A stretch of 64,000 bases of DNA, from contig JBNGDI010000002.1 of assembly GCA_049975425.1 (NCBI GenBank), positions 19,186-83,185 on the forward strand. The letters are read 5' to 3'. Origin of the DNA: Bacteroidales bacterium (GTDB lineage: Bacteria > Bacteroidota > Bacteroidia > Bacteroidales > VadinHA17). The translations under genes and the position numbers were made by a program. Under the pieces are notes generated by a model that was not told where the DNA came from, did not search any database, and saw nothing but the letters and a program-made list of their open reading frames with translations. This document shows, one piece after another, positions 28,936 through 38,327 of this stretch; the stretch's first letter is position 1, and the number at the start of each line of letters is the position of its first letter.

Positions 28936-30984
28936 TCAGCGCGACCTCCTTTTGAATTCGGCTACCCCGCGATCCAGAAAATCCCTGAATGCCCCGGCAT
29001 CCAGGTTGTATCCTATGGGGGTGGTGAGCAATTCCCCGTTGTGATCCACCGGAGCGTAAAATGGCTGGGTATTGGCCCCGAAACGGGTAATTTGCAGATC
29101 GGTATTTTTCTTGCCGATACGATCTTTTACTTTGCCGTCATATTCGGAAATGATCCACTCGTCTTCAGGAAGTTTTGTCTTGTCATCGGTGTACAGAGCA
29201 ATGATCACATAATCATCCTTCAATCTTTGCAGCACTCCCGGATCCGACCATACCTTTGCCTCCATTTCCTTGCAATTACTGCAGGCATGACCCTTAAAGT
29301 CAAGCAATACCGGCTTGTTCAATTCCCTGGCACAGGCCATTCCCTGTTCGTAATCAAAATATCCCTGCAAACCATGAGGCAATGAAAACAGGTCGTTGTA
29401 CCGTGGAACATCACAAAGGGTGCCTCCACCGGCAACCTGTTTGCCTGGGTCTCCGGTATATTCAGTAAGATCAAATTGCTGGGCTTTCTGAGGAGGAAGA
29501 ATTCCTGATATTCCGCTCAAAGGTGCACCGAACAATCCCGGCACCATGTACAGGGCAAAGCTGAACGAAGCAACGGCCAGGATAAGACGCGGCACTCCTA
29601 CAAACGGCACGTCACTGTCGTGGGCAAGCCTGATCTTCCCCAGCAGATAAAAGCCCAGGATAGTAAATAGCACAATCCATATGGCCAGATACAGATCGCG
29701 GCTCAGGATTCCCAGGTGATAAGCCTGATCGATATTGGAGAGGAATTTAAAACCGAAAGCCAGAATAATAAAGCCCATTACCACTTTGACTGAATTAAGC
29801 CAGCCTCCTGATTTCGGCAAACTTTTCAGCAACGACGGAGAAAAAGCCAGCAGCGTAAAAGGCAGAGCAAATGCCACAGAAAAGCCGAACATCCCCACCA
29901 GGGGTTCAAGCACTTCGCCAGTAGCCGCCTGCACCAGCAAATATCCCACAATGGGGCCAGTACAGCTGAAAGATACCAGGGTCAAAGTAAGGGCCATGAA
30001 GAAGGAGCCCAGAAAACCGCCGCGATCGGCCTGGCGGTCCACCTTGCTGGTCAAACTGCCCGGAATGACTATCTCGAACATTCCCAGAAAGGATGCGGCA
30101 AATACCAGGAATAAAAGAAAGAAAATCAGATTCGGGATCCAGTGTGTACTCAGGACATTGGCAAAATTCGCACCAGCACTGGTAAGGGAAATGATCAGCC
30201 CGATCAGGGTATAGATGGCTACAATGGAAAACCCGAATACAAGCGCCTGGAACAGAGCTCTGCGCCGGCTTTCACTTCCCCGCATGAAAAAAGTAACCGT
30301 CATGGGAATCATGGGATAGACACACGGGGTAAGCACTCCGGCAAAACCAAGCAGGAAAGCCACCAAGAACAATCCCCACAACGATTTTCCCTGAAAGTCA
30401 CCCTGACTTGCGGCCTCCGTATCTCCGGCACTCAGTTCAACAGCAGGGGTCATAATGCCGGGAGCCTCACCTGATGATGTAACTGTTTCTTCCCCGGCTG
30501 CCTCTTCTTCAGCAGATTCATCCCCAGGCGGGATCAAGATGCTGAAAGCCTCCTCCCTCGGGGGCAGGCAACGTTCATCGTCACAACTCATAAACTCCAC
30601 TGTTCCGCTTACTTCAAATGATCCGGGAACAAGCGAACGGATTACCTGCCTGAATACCGCCTGAACGCTGAACATCTTCAGGTCCATCTTAAAGCTTTCG
30701 TCATATTTTACTTCCGGATCAATGGTTTCCACCACCTCCCCAATACGCTCGTAATTGTCTGATGGATGAAATGTAAATGTGGTGGGAATAGGCCCCCCCG
30801 GCGGTATGTCCTGTGAATAAAGATGCCACCCCTGATCTATGCTGGCCGTAAGCAAAAGGGCATATTCCGATTCATTGATTTTCTCAGCACTGAATTTCCA
30901 GATAACGGGATCTACTATCTGGGCCGTCCCTTGAGTGGCATTCAGCAAAAGAGTAACAACCAGTACAAAGGCAGTTCTTTTCAT
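28936..30984 (-). CDS. dsbD: DsbD-like thiol:disulfide interchange protein
   Basis: N-domain CDDERC, TPCVYPM and SCTGP TM cysteines, C-terminal thioredoxin CSNC. Confidence 0.92.
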   Translation of the reverse strand: MKRTAFVLVVTLLLNATQGTAQIVDPVIWKFSAEKINESEYALLLTASIDQGWHLYSQDIPPGGPIPTTFTFHPSDNYERIGEVVETIDPEVKYDESFKMDLKMFSVQAVFRQVIRSLVPGSFEVSGTVEFMSCDDERCLPPREEAFSILIPPGDESAEEEAAGEETVTSSGEAPGIMTPAVELSAGDTEAASQGDFQGKSLWGLFLVAFLLGFAGVLTPCVYPMIPMTVTFFMRGSESRRRALFQALVFGFSIVAIYTLIGLIISLTSAGANFANVLSTHWIPNLIFFLLFLVFAASFLGMFEIVIPGSLTSKVDRQADRGGFLGSFFMALTLTLVSFSCTGPIVGYLLVQAATGEVLEPLVGMFGFSVAFALPFTLLAFSPSLLKSLPKSGGWLNSVKVVMGFIILAFGFKFLSNIDQAYHLGILSRDLYLAIWIVLFTILGFYLLGKIRLAHDSDVPFVGVPRLILAVASFSFALYMVPGLFGAPLSGISGILPPQKAQQFDLTEYTGDPGKQVAGGGTLCDVPRYNDLFSLPHGLQGYFDYEQGMACARELNKPVLLDFKGHACSNCKEMEAKVWSDPGVLQRLKDDYVIIALYTDDKTKLPEDEWIISEYDGKVKDRIGKKNTDLQITRFGANTQPFYAPVDHNGELLTTPIGYNLDAGAFRDFLDRGVAEFKRRSR

Positions 30985-31061
30985 CTTTCTTGATTTATGA
31001 AAGGTCACTGATTACAAAATCTTTTCTGTAAATATTCGTAAGTATAAACAAGAAAAACCGT

Positions 31062-32612
31062 TTACAGTTCAATCTCCTCGCCGGAAGGAAGGAAAAAATG
31101 GTATTCCATGAATGAATAGGCATAAGAAGATTCAATGATAATACGGCATCCGAATTCCCGGTTCCATTTTTTCCTGATCGACCGGAAACCGTGGGTCAGG
31201 TATGCCGCAATGTAAGGATGTAAGCGCAGGATAAATTTCTTTATTTTTTTCTCTTCCACCAGGGTACGGATATGTATTTTCAGCTCATCCTCCAGCAGGG
31301 CGCTGGATGATATTTTCCCGGTACCTTTGCAGGAAGGGCAGGTTTCTTCTGTAAGGATATGCATTTCAGGCCGCACCCTTTGCCGGGTAATCTGCATCAA
31401 ACCGAATTTGCTGAGCGGTAAAATATTATGTTTGGTGCGGTCCGATTCCATAATCTCGCGCATCCGGTCGTAGAGTTTCTGTTTGTGCTCGTTGGAATGC
31501 ATATCGATGAAATCGACTACGATGATTCCGCCCATATCCCGCAACCTCAGCTGCCTGGCAATCTCTTCAGCAGCGGCCAGGTTAACTTCCAGGGCATTGG
31601 TTTCCTGATCCTTAAAACTTTTCGACCGGTTCCCGCTGTTCACATCAATCACGTGCAGGGCCTCCGTATGCTCAATGATCAGGTAGGACCCGTCTTTCAA
31701 TGAAACGGTCTTTCCAAACGACGACTTAATCTGTTTGTTCAGGTTCAGGTAATCGAAAATCGGTTGCCCCCCTCTGTACAGTTTGACAATTTTTTCCTGG
31801 TCGGGAGAAATCGAGGCAATGTATTCGCGGGTTTCCTGATAAACCCCTTCATCATTCACCCAGATCCGGTTGAAACTGGTATTGAAAATATCACGGAGCA
31901 AAGCCGAAGCCCTGTTCATTTCGCTGATAACCAGCCGGGGCGGATTGCCTTCCTTCACAGCCTGAAATCCGTATTCCCATTTCCTCACCAATCCACGTAA
32001 CTCCTGATCCAGCTCGGCCACCTTTTTGTTTTCGGCCACCGTACGGACAATAACCCCGTAATTTTTTGGCCGGATACTCATCAACAGGTTTTTCAACCTC
32101 GCCCGTTCTACATTCGATTCAATTTTCTGTGAAACGGAAACCTTATCGGAAAACGGAATCAGCACCAGGTTCCTTCCGGCAATCGAGATTTCCGATGTAA
32201 GGCGGGGACCTTTGGTGGATATGGGTTCCTTGGCAACCTGCACCAGAACCGGTTGCCCGGGCTTCAGCACATCGGTTATTTTTCCGTCCTTGTCAATATC
32301 CGGCTCGCGTTTAACTCTTCCGAAGGATATGGATTTGGTCTTCTTCTGTAGAAGCTGATGCAAAAATTTGCTAAGCGAGCTGAACTGCGGGCCCAGATCG
32401 AGATAATGCAGGAAGGCATCCTTTTCGTAGCCTACATCAATGAATGCCGCATTCAAACCCGGCATAACCTTCTTCACCCTTCCCAGATAGATATCTCCAA
32501 CGGCAAACTGAAGATTACTCTTTTCCTTTCTTAGTTCAACCAGTCTCTTATCTTCAAGAAGGGCAATCGTAATTTCTGAAGAAGATACATCAATTACCAG
32601 TTCTTTTTCCAC
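31062..32612 (-). CDS. rng: Rne/Rng family ribonuclease (RNase G-sized)
   Basis: S1 domain, KGPRLT, TEALHVIDVNSG, GGIIVVDFIDM, CPSC.G.G Zn link; GTG start. Confidence 0.94.
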   Translation of the reverse strand: MEKELVIDVSSSEITIALLEDKRLVELRKEKSNLQFAVGDIYLGRVKKVMPGLNAAFIDVGYEKDAFLHYLDLGPQFSSLSKFLHQLLQKKTKSISFGRVKREPDIDKDGKITDVLKPGQPVLVQVAKEPISTKGPRLTSEISIAGRNLVLIPFSDKVSVSQKIESNVERARLKNLLMSIRPKNYGVIVRTVAENKKVAELDQELRGLVRKWEYGFQAVKEGNPPRLVISEMNRASALLRDIFNTSFNRIWVNDEGVYQETREYIASISPDQEKIVKLYRGGQPIFDYLNLNKQIKSSFGKTVSLKDGSYLIIEHTEALHVIDVNSGNRSKSFKDQETNALEVNLAAAEEIARQLRLRDMGGIIVVDFIDMHSNEHKQKLYDRMREIMESDRTKHNILPLSKFGLMQITRQRVRPEMHILTEETCPSCKGTGKISSSALLEDELKIHIRTLVEEKKIKKFILRLHPYIAAYLTHGFRSIRKKWNREFGCRIIIESSYAYSFMEYHFFLPSGEEIEL

Positions 32613-32649
32613 ATTCGCTTCATTTACTCGCGGCCGAATGGTTTCCCCG

Positions 32650-32715
32650 TGTGGTATTTGAATGATAATGAACCTAAAGGCCCGGGCGGGCCTTTAGGTT
32701 CATTCTTATACCACA
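32650..32715. repeat. long inverted repeat between bS22 and rng
   Basis: Perfect 17-bp stem 32667-83/32688-704 plus outer TGTGGTAT/ATACCACA. Confidence 0.8.
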
Positions 32716-32730
32716 AAGCTTTCAGGAATA

Positions 32731-32823
32731 CTATTTCTTCTTCTTATGCCTGTTTTTGCGCAAACGCTTTTTGCGTTTGTGGGTAGCCATCTTATGTCTC
32801 TTTCTTTTCTTTCCGCTTGGCAT
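32731..32823 (-). CDS. 30S ribosomal protein bS22 (AURKAIP1/COX24-like), 30 aa, below the ORF-track cutoff
   Basis: MPSGKKRKRHKMATHKRKKRLRKNRHKKKK read from the reverse strand. Confidence 0.88.
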   Translation of the reverse strand: MPSGKKRKRHKMATHKRKKRLRKNRHKKKK

Positions 32824-32856
32824 GGTATAAATATTGTATCAAAAAATTAAGGAACC

Positions 32857-33144
32857 CTACCGCTTGACGTTAGCTTTTACCCGGTTAATGAATGATTTGG
32901 CAGGCTTGAAAGAAGGAATGAAATGTTCCGGAATAATGATGGTAGTATTTTTTGAAATATTACGGGCAGTTTTTTTCGCACGTTTTTTCACGATAAAACT
33001 GCCGAATCCCCTCAGGTAAACGTTTTTATCCTTTACCAGGGATTCTTTTACCGTTTCCATGAAAGCTTCCACTGTTTTTTGAACAGTTACCTTTTCAATT
33101 CCCGTGTTTTTGGAAATTTCATTTACAATATCAGCCTTAGTCAT
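32857..33144 (-). CDS. hup: HU/IHF family DNA-binding protein
   Basis: MTKADIV, LRGFGSF, ARNI, PSFKP. Confidence 0.95.
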   Translation of the reverse strand: MTKADIVNEISKNTGIEKVTVQKTVEAFMETVKESLVKDKNVYLRGFGSFIVKKRAKKTARNISKNTTIIIPEHFIPSFKPAKSFINRVKANVKR

Positions 33145-33197
33145 TTTTAAAATCTTTAATTATCAGTTAATTAGAATAAGTTTTCGCTTATGAATTG

Positions 33198-33205
33198 CAA
33201 ATATA
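33198..33205 (-). promoter_or_regulatory. sigma-A -7 box for hup-bS22-rng
   Basis: TATATTTG(CA) on the minus strand. Confidence 0.7.
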
Positions 33206-33279
33206 AATGTTTTATGTTTATAAATGAAATCTGCATTGATTATTTTTGAATCGGTGATATTTTATTTTCAGGTCATTAT

Positions 33280-34362
33280 ATGGAGATGAATGTTGGAAGT
33301 GTGTTGCAGACCTGGTATGAAAAAAACGGAAGAGAACTTCCCTGGAGGAATACAGGCGATGCATACCATATCTGGGTTTCGGAAATTATTCTTCAGCAAA
33401 CCAGGGTCAGCCAGGGTATTGCCTATTACCACCGGTTCATGAAAAATTTTCCCCGGCTGGAAGATCTGGCCCGAGCCCGGCCCGACGAGGTGATGCACGC
33501 ATGGAAAGGCCTGGGATATTACAGCCGGGCCAGAAACATGCATGCCACAGCCATCCGCATCCTGAATGAATACGGGGGAAAATTCCCTTCGGGTTATGAA
33601 AACCTGCTCCGCCTCAGTGGAATAGGCCCATATACAGCCGCCGCCATTGCCTCATTTGCTTTTAATGAACCGGTCCCCGTGATCGATGGCAATGTGTACC
33701 GCTTCCTGGCCCGTTTATTCGGTATTGTCGATTCTATCAGCACGGCTGCAGGGAAAAAATCGGTAACCGAAAAAGCCGGAAGGGTTATGAACCAAAAAAA
33801 TCCTGCGCTTCATAATCAGGCCGTAATGGAATTCGGTGCCCTGCAATGCACCCCGTTCCGCCCTTCCTGCCAGGCATGTCCTTTCCGTAAGGATTGCCTT
33901 GCATATATTACCGGCAGGGTGAATGAACTACCGGTCAAACATAAAAAACCGGCATCCGTAGAGCGATATTTCAATTACGTGCTGTTGACAGGTGGACTGG
34001 ATATGCTGCTGAAAAAGAGGGAAAAGCAGGATATCTGGCAGGGCTTGTATGAATTTCCCCTGTTTGAATCGACCTTCCCAATTGAACCGGGCCAGCTTAC
34101 CGGAAACGAATGGTGGAAAAAACTGGAAAAACGGACCGGCCCCCTGTTCCTGAAATATCATTCAGGTATTATAACACATAACTTATCACACAGGAGAATC
34201 CGCGCCGTATTTTACCATGCGGAAACCCCGGGGGCCCTGCCCGCTCTGTGGCCAGGAGAATCTGCCGTTTCCGTAACGAGCTGGGAATCCGTTGCTTTCC
34301 CTGTGCTGATCGATAAATTCCTGTCGCAATACCTGCCGTTATTTTTCAACGGTAACACTTGA
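33280..34362 (+). CDS. mutY: A/G-specific adenine glycosylase
   Basis: WVSEIILQQT, GLGYYSRARN, HhH, DGNV, CX6CX2CX5C cluster. Confidence 0.96.
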   Translation: MEMNVGSVLQTWYEKNGRELPWRNTGDAYHIWVSEIILQQTRVSQGIAYYHRFMKNFPRLEDLARARPDEVMHAWKGLGYYSRARNMHATAIRILNEYGGKFPSGYENLLRLSGIGPYTAAAIASFAFNEPVPVIDGNVYRFLARLFGIVDSISTAAGKKSVTEKAGRVMNQKNPALHNQAVMEFGALQCTPFRPSCQACPFRKDCLAYITGRVNELPVKHKKPASVERYFNYVLLTGGLDMLLKKREKQDIWQGLYEFPLFESTFPIEPGQLTGNEWWKKLEKRTGPLFLKYHSGIITHNLSHRRIRAVFYHAETPGALPALWPGESAVSVTSWESVAFPVLIDKFLSQYLPLFFNGNT

Positions 34363-34416
34363 TACTGGCATGAAAATTTACTACTTTTACAGGCTGATTT
34401 CAAACCAACCATAATT

Positions 34417-34845
34417 ATGTCGGTAAACAAGGTAATCCTGGTAGGCAATGTGGGAAAAGATCCCGAGGTAAACTATATCCGGGAAGACGTGCCTGTGGCA
34501 AAATTCCCCCTTGCTACCAGTGAAACATACACCAAGGACGGAGAAAAGATAACCCAGACCGAGTGGCATAATATCGTACTCTGGAGGGGACTGGCCAGGG
34601 TGGTAGAAAAATATGTCAGAAAAGGCTCATTATTATATATCGAAGGAAAGATCAACACCCGCTCTTATGAAAAAGACGGGGAAACGAAATATATTACTGA
34701 AATAGTGGCCGATAATATGCGCATGCTCGGAAAAAGACCCGACGATTCAGGCCAGTCCTCTTCCCGTCCGTCAGAACAAAATGAACAGGCTCCTGAAAGC
34801 GACGCAACAGGGATATCCCAGGAAGACGATGATCTTCCTTTCTGA
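34417..34845 (+). CDS. ssb: single-stranded DNA-binding protein
   Basis: NKVILVGN.GKDP, TEWH, C-terminal DDDLPF. Confidence 0.97.
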   Translation: MSVNKVILVGNVGKDPEVNYIREDVPVAKFPLATSETYTKDGEKITQTEWHNIVLWRGLARVVEKYVRKGSLLYIEGKINTRSYEKDGETKYITEIVADNMRMLGKRPDDSGQSSSRPSEQNEQAPESDATGISQEDDDLPF

Positions 34846-34875
34846 TGTTATACAGATTCTTTTAGATCGCAGACT

Positions 34876-36207
34876 GTGGAAGCAGACGACCCTCTCCCGT
34901 ATTTATCGATCCTTGCCGATTTGAACATCAGTTTTTATCAGCCCGGCCCATCACTGTTCCTGGGCCTGGGTGTTCTGATCATTCTGCTGGCCTGCTCTGC
35001 CATGATCTCGGCATCGGAAACCGCCTATCTGTCATTAACATCCCCCGATCTGCAAAAGATCAGGGATGGAATAAGCCGTTCGAACCACATCCTGCTGAAA
35101 TTGCTTGAAATGCCGGAAAGGTTGCTCACAACCATCCTGATTGCCAATAATCTATTCAATATGAGCGCGGTGGTGCTTGCCGTCTTTCTGCTTAACAGCA
35201 CCCTGCAACCAACCGGATATCCGGTAGCCACTCTGCTCATCGAAGTGATCGTGATAGTCTTCTTCCTGCTTGTTTTTGCAGAGATCCTGCCAAAAATTTA
35301 TGCCGGAAGCCACACGGTAAAGATCAGCATGCTCATGGCCACGCCCCTGTTTTACATGGAAAAATTGTTCCGCCCCTTCAGCCGTTTACTGATTTTTTCA
35401 GGTCACTTTTTTACCCGGCGAAACCTACCCGCCAATTCGAATATTTCCATGGATGACCTCTCGGAAGTCCTCAGCAAAACCCCACCCGATCTGAGAAAAG
35501 ACGAAAAAATGCTGCAGGGTATTGTCAATTTCGGAAATATCAATGTTAGTGAAATTATGACGGCACGGGTGGATGTGGTGGCCGTGGATATATTCACCGG
35601 ACTGAAAAAACTGCTGCATATTATCGTCGAGTCGGGGTACTCGCGAATACCGGTATACAAAGATTCATTCGATAACGTAAAAGGAATCCTCTATATCAAA
35701 GACCTGCTGCCTTACATCAATTATCCCGACGATTTCAAATGGCAGGATCTGATCAGACCTCCCTATTTCGTTCCTGAAACAAAACGTATCAACGACCTGC
35801 TGGCAGAATTCCAGAGTAAAAAGATCCATATGGCCATTGTGATTGATGAATACGGCGGCACCCAGGGCATTGTAAGCCTGGAAGACATTCTGGAAGAAAT
35901 TGTGGGCGAAATATCCGACGAATTTGATGAGGATGAATCAACCTATACACGTATCGATGAAAACAATTACATTTTCGAAGGAAAAACACAACTGAACGAT
36001 TTTTACAAAATCATGGGGGTTTCTCCCGATGTTTTCGACAAGGTAAAAGGAGATGCCGACACACTGGCCGGGCTGATTCTCGAAATCAGAGGGGAAATAC
36101 CCGGCCAAGACGAAATCATCACAATAGGTAAGTACATTTTCCGTATAGAGTCGGTAGATAAGCGAAGAATCAGAAAAATTAAAGTGACAGTGAATGAACC
36201 GGAGTAA
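34876..36207 (+). CDS. gldE: GldE / CNNM-CBS-CorC hemolysin-like membrane protein
   Basis: SASETA, EILPK, YSRIPVY, DEYGG, EEIVGEI.DE; ssb-gldE-gldD synteny. Confidence 0.88.
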   Translation: MEADDPLPYLSILADLNISFYQPGPSLFLGLGVLIILLACSAMISASETAYLSLTSPDLQKIRDGISRSNHILLKLLEMPERLLTTILIANNLFNMSAVVLAVFLLNSTLQPTGYPVATLLIEVIVIVFFLLVFAEILPKIYAGSHTVKISMLMATPLFYMEKLFRPFSRLLIFSGHFFTRRNLPANSNISMDDLSEVLSKTPPDLRKDEKMLQGIVNFGNINVSEIMTARVDVVAVDIFTGLKKLLHIIVESGYSRIPVYKDSFDNVKGILYIKDLLPYINYPDDFKWQDLIRPPYFVPETKRINDLLAEFQSKKIHMAIVIDEYGGTQGIVSLEDILEEIVGEISDEFDEDESTYTRIDENNYIFEGKTQLNDFYKIMGVSPDVFDKVKGDADTLAGLILEIRGEIPGQDEIITIGKYIFRIESVDKRRIRKIKVTVNEPE

Positions 36208-36796
36208 CAAACCCCTTTTTTCGAACCACATCCTGATTACAGCTTGCATGGTAATGGCGGTCATGACCGCCGGTGCCTGCAGGCGAAATTATACACCAAA
36301 GCCCCGGGGGTATTTCCGTATCGATCTTCCTGAACACGCTTACCGTGAATACCGGTCCGATTGTCCGTTTTCCTTTGAATTTCCGGTGTATGCAAACGTA
36401 CAACCCGACCGGAGCCGCATGGCCCGGCCCTGCTGGTTCAATATCGTTTACCCCGGTTTCAACGGCACGATCCATCTGAGCTACCAGACAGTAAAAAAAA
36501 ACCTGGAAGAACTTACCGAAGATGCCAGAACGCTGGTTTACAAACATTCCATCAAGGCCGATGCCATTGGGGAACAATTGTTCACGCATCCTGATAAAAA
36601 AGTATACGGCATTCTTTATGACATTAAAGGAAACGCAGCTTCATCGGTCCAGTTCTTTCTTACCGACAGCTCCCGGCATTTTATCAGGGGGGCATTATAT
36701 TTCAATGCCAGTCCCAATGCCGATTCACTGGCTCCAGTCATCCGTTTTTGCAGGCAGGATATCATCCACCTGATCGAAACATTCTCCTGGGAGTAA
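36194..36796 (+). CDS. gldD: gliding motility lipoprotein GldD
   Basis: Lipobox AGAC, PKPRGYFRI, GNAAS..QF..TDS..HF.RGALYF, N.DSL.P. Confidence 0.9.
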   Translation: MNRSNKPLFSNHILITACMVMAVMTAGACRRNYTPKPRGYFRIDLPEHAYREYRSDCPFSFEFPVYANVQPDRSRMARPCWFNIVYPGFNGTIHLSYQTVKKNLEELTEDARTLVYKHSIKADAIGEQLFTHPDKKVYGILYDIKGNAASSVQFFLTDSSRHFIRGALYFNASPNADSLAPVIRFCRQDIIHLIETFSWE

Positions 36797-36895
36797 ATGC
36801 CCGGTTTACCCCGGCAAAATGAAAACGTGTGGGAAAAAATATGTAAATTCGTGCCTCGTACGTGTAACCATCTGGTTTAAACCCCAAACCTGTTC

Positions 36896-37531
36896 ATGGG
36901 TGTAATCTACAAGAACGAATACAGAGATGAATGCATCCTGGGTATCTGGAAAATCACGGAAACCTATGATGAGCTAAGGCAGTTGCTTACACTCGACCGA
37001 CGGCAACAGAAAACACTCAACGGGTTCGGCAGTCTCAACAGAAAAATTGAATGGCTCAGCGTACGTGCCCTCCTTTCGGAACTGACCAACTCTTCAACCC
37101 GCATTGTCTACAACGGGGAAAGGAAACCCCTGCTGGAAGACGGATCATACAATATCAGCATCTCCCATTCCGACGAACTCACATCTATTCTTCTGAGCCG
37201 TAACCGGCGGGTGGGAATTGATCTGGAACATATGACTCACCGCATTGAATTGCTGGCCAGCAAGTTTCTTAATGATTCGGAAGAAGTAACCTATGATCCC
37301 TTTCTGCAGCGATATCACCTGTATATACACTGGTGTGCCAAAGAAGCTCTTTTTAAAATATGCGACAAGAAAAACATCAACTTCCGGGAGAATCTCATTA
37401 TCCACCCGTTCGAACTGAAAGACGAAGGAAAGATCCTGGGAACCGTGTGGAATGAACATATCCATGAAACGTTCAACCTTCAGTACTTCAAACTTGAGAA
37501 CTACAGCATTGTATGGTGCTGCAAGGAATAG
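36896..37531 (+). CDS. 4'-phosphopantetheinyl transferase (Sfp-like)
   Basis: KP, ISISHS, VGIDLE, WCAKEA. Confidence 0.88.
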   Translation: MGVIYKNEYRDECILGIWKITETYDELRQLLTLDRRQQKTLNGFGSLNRKIEWLSVRALLSELTNSSTRIVYNGERKPLLEDGSYNISISHSDELTSILLSRNRRVGIDLEHMTHRIELLASKFLNDSEEVTYDPFLQRYHLYIHWCAKEALFKICDKKNINFRENLIIHPFELKDEGKILGTVWNEHIHETFNLQYFKLENYSIVWCCKE

Positions 37532-37534
37532 ACC

Positions 37535-38269
37535 ATGAATATCTACCGGAAGATACAGGAAAGCAGGGATAAGCAAAAGCTCTTTGCTGTTTTGATCGAT
37601 CCCGACAGATACCAGCAAAGGGATTTGCTGAAAATGATCGATCAGTCGGTTGAAACAGGGGTGGATTTCTTTCTGGTTGGAGGGAGCCTGATCTCCCATC
37701 CCATCGAACCGGTCATCTCGCTGATCAAATCACACGGCAACATTCCGGTCCTGCTTTTCCCGGGCAGTTTACTCCAGATCAGCCCTGCAGCCGATGCTAT
37801 CCTCCTGCTGTCCCTGATTTCGGGGCGCAATCCCGAATTCCTGATCGGCAATCATGTGGTGGCAGCTCCCCTGCTGCACCGAAACCGGATGGAAATCATA
37901 CCCACCGGTTACATGCTGATCGGCAACCAAACATCCACTTCGGTTGAATACATCAGCAACACACGACCCATCCCATCTGAAAAAACAGATATTGCAGTTG
38001 CCACTGCCCTGGCCGGCGAGATGCTGGGTCTGAAACTCATTTACCTGGAAGCCGGAAGCGGTGCACCCGGTACGGTACCCGGCGAAATGATCCGCCAGGT
38101 TAAAAATGAAATTTCTGTTCCTCTGATAGCGGGAGGTGGAATCCGGAGTGTCAAAACACTTGAATCGGTTTACCGGGCAGGGGCCGATATGGCGGTGGTG
38201 GGAAATGCTTTCGAAAACAAACCGGGCCTGCTGAAAGAAATGGCTGCCGTTAAACGCGATTTTCACTGA
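37535..38269 (+). CDS. geranylgeranylglyceryl/heptaprenylglyceryl phosphate synthase (PcrB family, group II)
   Basis: LIDPD, VGGS, LFPG, SLISGRNP, YLEAGSG, GGGI. Confidence 0.92.
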   Translation: MNIYRKIQESRDKQKLFAVLIDPDRYQQRDLLKMIDQSVETGVDFFLVGGSLISHPIEPVISLIKSHGNIPVLLFPGSLLQISPAADAILLLSLISGRNPEFLIGNHVVAAPLLHRNRMEIIPTGYMLIGNQTSTSVEYISNTRPIPSEKTDIAVATALAGEMLGLKLIYLEAGSGAPGTVPGEMIRQVKNEISVPLIAGGGIRSVKTLESVYRAGADMAVVGNAFENKPGLLKEMAAVKRDFH

Positions 38270-38327
38270 TCGCCGGCAGCCACTGATGTTTTCTTTGTGC
38301 CGGGACTTCCAGCGTACCGGTTATTTT

